This document shows positions 60,294 to 64,000 of a DNA stretch of 64,000 nt, piece after piece (position 1 is the stretch's first letter; each line of letters starts with the position of its first letter). Where the stretch lies: the IMG/VR virus record IMGVR_UViG_3300031998_000039, positions 34,756 to 98,755 of that record. One strand, written 5' to 3'. Position numbers and translations under genes: made by a program. The DNA comes from a virus. Lineage: Duplodnaviria > Caudoviricetes. The notes under the pieces are model-generated. The model made no database searches. It saw nothing but the letters and a program-made list of their open reading frames with translations, and was not told where the DNA came from.

Positions 60294-60482
60294 TTAAGCC
60301 TCTGCTAATTTGTAACCCTTAATCACTCTGCGCTGAATCATAAGATTAACCTCATGACACGGCACTACAATAGTTTCTTTTCCATTCCGCTTCCAAATCT
60401 CATGACCACCGCTTACTCTATAAAGAGTAAATCCATTTTTTGACAGGAGCGATACAAACTCTTTTTTATTCCGTGACTTCAT
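60294..60482 (-). CDS. HicA-family RNase/toxin
   Basis: LSKNGF..R.SGGH.IW...IVVPCH, 62 aa. Confidence 0.75.
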   Translation of the reverse strand: MKSRNKKEFVSLLSKNGFTLYRVSGGHEIWKRNGKETIVVPCHEVNLMIQRRVIKGYKLAEA

Positions 60483-60487
60483 AATTT

Positions 60488-63400
60488 TTACCTCCTTTCC
60501 CAAAACTTCAATGCCACACATTCCATTTCATCGACAAGTTTTTGTCTCCAGTTCTTGTCAGAGAAATCAATCTCATAATGAGAAAATGTTGAATGATCTG
60601 TTTTTAAAAAATCACCAATTTCTGTTTTATATATAGCACTTTCACATTCTCCGTTGTCATAACAGATGTTGTATTCAACACCACGATTATCATCTAACCA
60701 TAAGAATGCAGCACCCCAGTCATCCATATATTGTTTATCAACTTCTAATGGATTGATATTGATTTCATATTCATATCCCTTCTCTGACCTTTCAATATTA
60801 TCAACCAAAGGGCAAACGCCATAATCGATATCCTCATAATCAGAACAACGTATCATATAAATCACGGAATCTCCGTCATATTTATTTTCAACCTGTTCTA
60901 CTGCTTCCGCCTTGTTATCTGCCCTTACAACACCACACACACCACTCTTGGTTTCAAAGTAAAACACATAATCAAATACGTTCATGCCTTAATCCTCCTT
61001 TATTAATTTAGGTTGCTTTATTACTGTAGTTCCGTATGGATTGCATCCCCAAAGATTATCAATAGCGTCTTCTTTCCATTCTGTATCGCTTGCTTTTTCT
61101 GCTATTTCCTGCGCTTCTTCTGCGTTTTCAGCTTCAACAATAATGTGATAAGTATATGACACAACCTTTTCTACCATATATTTCTTCATATCCATTCTCC
61201 TTTCAATAAGGCTCCGTAACCCATAACTGCGAATAAGCTGGCACATTGTCAAGGTCTTCTATCTTGCATTTTCCGTCATCAAATCCAAATTTAACATTAG
61301 GATATTCTTTTTTAAACAAAGCATTTGCTTCTTTCCGATTAGGCGCAAAGATAATTCCCTTATCTCCGCCCCAAATGTCAAAATGATATACTTTCATATT
61401 AAATCACTCCCCTTCCTCAATCTCACTGTCAAGCATACTCCACACTTCATTTGACGCGCTTCGTAAACTATCAATACTTACAGTTGCATAAGGCTCTGCC
61501 TTCTCAAGTCTGTCTGCCTGATCCGATAAGAAATCAGATACAAGTTCAATAATTTCATCAGCTTCACCAATTATTCCGCTTTTATCAAGCATGTTCTCAA
61601 AACGTTCTCTTTCTGTCATAATTATTATCTCCCTTCTTATGGATACAATTTTAAATAAACTCTTCTACGTTCTTTTCTTTCCCCGTATCCTACTGGAATA
61701 GGAACAATTGCATAATAACCACAAGGCGTATTTCCCATATGATCGTCCCACGTCCGTTCATGTCGGTAATACATCTTAAGAGTAATGACTTTATAATTAT
61801 CGATACATAACGTTACCTTATCATTGTCCCAGCCATACTCTTCGATTATGTGTTGCTTTCCGTACTTATCTGTTAGATAGTGCTTCATAATATCACTTCC
61901 CTTCATAATAATCTCTTATCCACTCTGGTAAGCATTCCCTTACATTATCGATTGCATATTCTTCTACTTCATCAAAGTCATAAATATCTTCGATGTCGTT
62001 TCTGTAAATACAGAAGTTTTCTAACTCAATCGTCTGATCTTCGTCAGCGTAAACCTGAACGTAATAACAAACAGGATTATATTCATCGCCGTCGTCATCT
62101 TCTACAAACGATAACCGTTTACTAATTTCGTCGTCTGTCATAACATCACCCCTCAATTTCTATTTCGCCTTCACGAAACTCATAAATTTCGCCATTACAA
62201 GCCAATTCACACCAGCTTGCTGCGTCTTCAGATATTTCGTGATCGTTTCCTGTTATCTGCATCATTTTGTTATAAATTTTGTCATATTCATTTGTCTTGT
62301 AAATCCATATTGCAGGATTTTCCCCATACTGTTTTATTGTTGCATAGAATAACATATCCTTACCTCCTCAATAATAAATTCCGTTAAGAACTCCCTTAAG
62401 TGCAGAGATTCCGTTGTGCAGATCGTCAATCAATGGTTCAACGCTTTGCACTCCTGTCTTTGAATATGCCTTGATAACGTCTTCCATAACTAATATCGCC
62501 CTTTTAATCTCTTCCCTTTCGGCGTCACTAACTAATACCCTCGCAAATAATTCACCTACCATCTTGTCACCTCATTTCTCTAGTAATTTCAACACCAAAA
62601 ATATCTTCCACGACACTCAAGATTGTGCCACAATATCCTATAATACCTTGCCACCCCAACCATTCATCAAATACTTCTATTGGTGACATAACATCAATGT
62701 CTTTATCCCTTGATGTATCGTCAGGTTCTAAACCAAATCTTTGTCTTACACTTCGCATTATATATTCGGGATATTTCATAACTGTTCCTCCTCTTCAATA
62801 AACTGCTTAATTAACTTTTCCGCACGATTTTTAAATCTCTTGTACGACTTTGCAGACCTTATATTATCAATATATCCAAGCCACTCACCATGTCCACCGC
62901 CTTCAGCTTCAAGATATATTTCCAAATCAAATCCACAATTTTTTGAATTATAATATTCCTTATGGATATCTACGACATATTTGTCAATATTAGAAGCAAC
63001 ATATACACATCCAAAAATATCATCTTCTACTGTAGACTGGTTAGCTTGTATAAGATCCTCTTCATCAAAATACCATTCAAACATATCCCACTTACCAACG
63101 CCATGTGGATATTTTGTCTCATACATATCAGCGAACACACCGTCTGAACCGTCTATATAATTTTCCCTTAATGTTTCTATGTTAAGCTCAGGATGTTTTG
63201 CATACCATTTGTTTAAGTACTCCATTGCCGTTTCGTAATCACCAGAGAAAATTGTTTCCACAGAGTTACCTGTTCTTCTTGACCGTAAATCAACTTCCCA
63301 TTTCATATTACCACCCCTTTCCTAACACTTCGTTAAAATCATTTTGACTTGCGTGTCTTTTAAAAAACTCCCATGCTTCTTCGTAGTTGTCACACTTGCA

Positions 63401-63836
63401 ATAATCCCACATTTCATTTTCTGCCATGTAACTAATAACACCACCAACTGGCGCATTGTTTTCAACTATCACATTGATACTGAAACAACTACAATCATAA
63501 GCACCTCCGTCCTTTTCTCTTCCGAAATCTTCAAGTTCCTTTGGGATGCCCTTATCACCCCGTAAACATACTCTTGCAATACCTTCGGTAGGACACCAAC
63601 ACTCATCAAATAACTTAGGATTAATAATCATATTCATCACCTCACCATATATTCTTGTATGACTTTGCCTTATGAATCGACTTCATGATTCTTTCGTTCT
63701 CTTCTGTTGCGTCATCACGTTGATCGTCCCAGTCAACAATTTCTACCATGATATCTTTACTTCTTGACCACACCGCTTGTACTAAACCATTTTCAATTTC
63801 AATTACAATCCGTTTCATACTATCACCTCCACCCAT
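60488..63836 (-). CDS. Array of about 12 small acidic early hypothetical proteins
   Basis: Tightly packed ORFs with strong RBS. Confidence 0.55.
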
Positions 63837-64000
63837 TATTCCACTTTACCTTTTCAACCAGTTCCTCATCTTCCATAATTGCCTGTATAACCTCGGCAAT
63901 ATTCGTGTCATTGTCGTCAGCTATCTTCTCAAGTTGTTTCGCTTCGACATCATATACTTGTATACTTTTCATAATTATCACCCCTTTCCGTTTAGCATAT

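Noticed and set aside
1-64000. Stop-codon recoding
   Set aside because: Long genes are intact in the standard code, all three stops are used, and no suppressor tRNA was found.

Overview
A 64-kb segment of a large, AT-rich temperate phage with SPbeta-like organisation. The host is probably an anaerobic Clostridia/Lachnospiraceae-type firmicute (inferred from sigmaA promoters, strong Shine-Dalgarno sites, a class III RNR and integrase style). From left to right: (+) glycine-rich tail/adhesin genes and a beta-helix protein; an apparently intact attP (3' end of a tRNA) next to a tyrosine integrase; then a long (-) arm. That arm carries nucleotide metabolism genes (dUTPase, nrdG/nrdD, redoxin), GT2, an HPr-like protein, an RNA ligase, four HNH endonucleases, a tRNA cluster, DnaE, a Cas4-like nuclease, methyltransferases, a TARG1-like macrodomain, primase, DnaB helicase, a non-autonomous IscB/omegaRNA element, a Sak4-like ATPase, an SPbeta yopP-yopQ-yopR-yopS-like repressor module and many small early ORFs. 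The most unusual signal is at 16.7-18.5 kb: an array of small genes joined by a repeated stop-to-RBS junction motif. Some junctions are 'filled' with tRNA-Leu-like RNAs that have covarying stems but no usable anticodon arm. Further anticodon-defective tRNA mimics lie in the tRNA cluster (one with the G3.U70 alanine determinant). Other notable points: a glycine-rich adhesin domain split over two genes, an IscB inserted exactly at the start codon of the helicase, and two LexA-box promoters. All annotations come from motif recognition by eye; no database searches were run.
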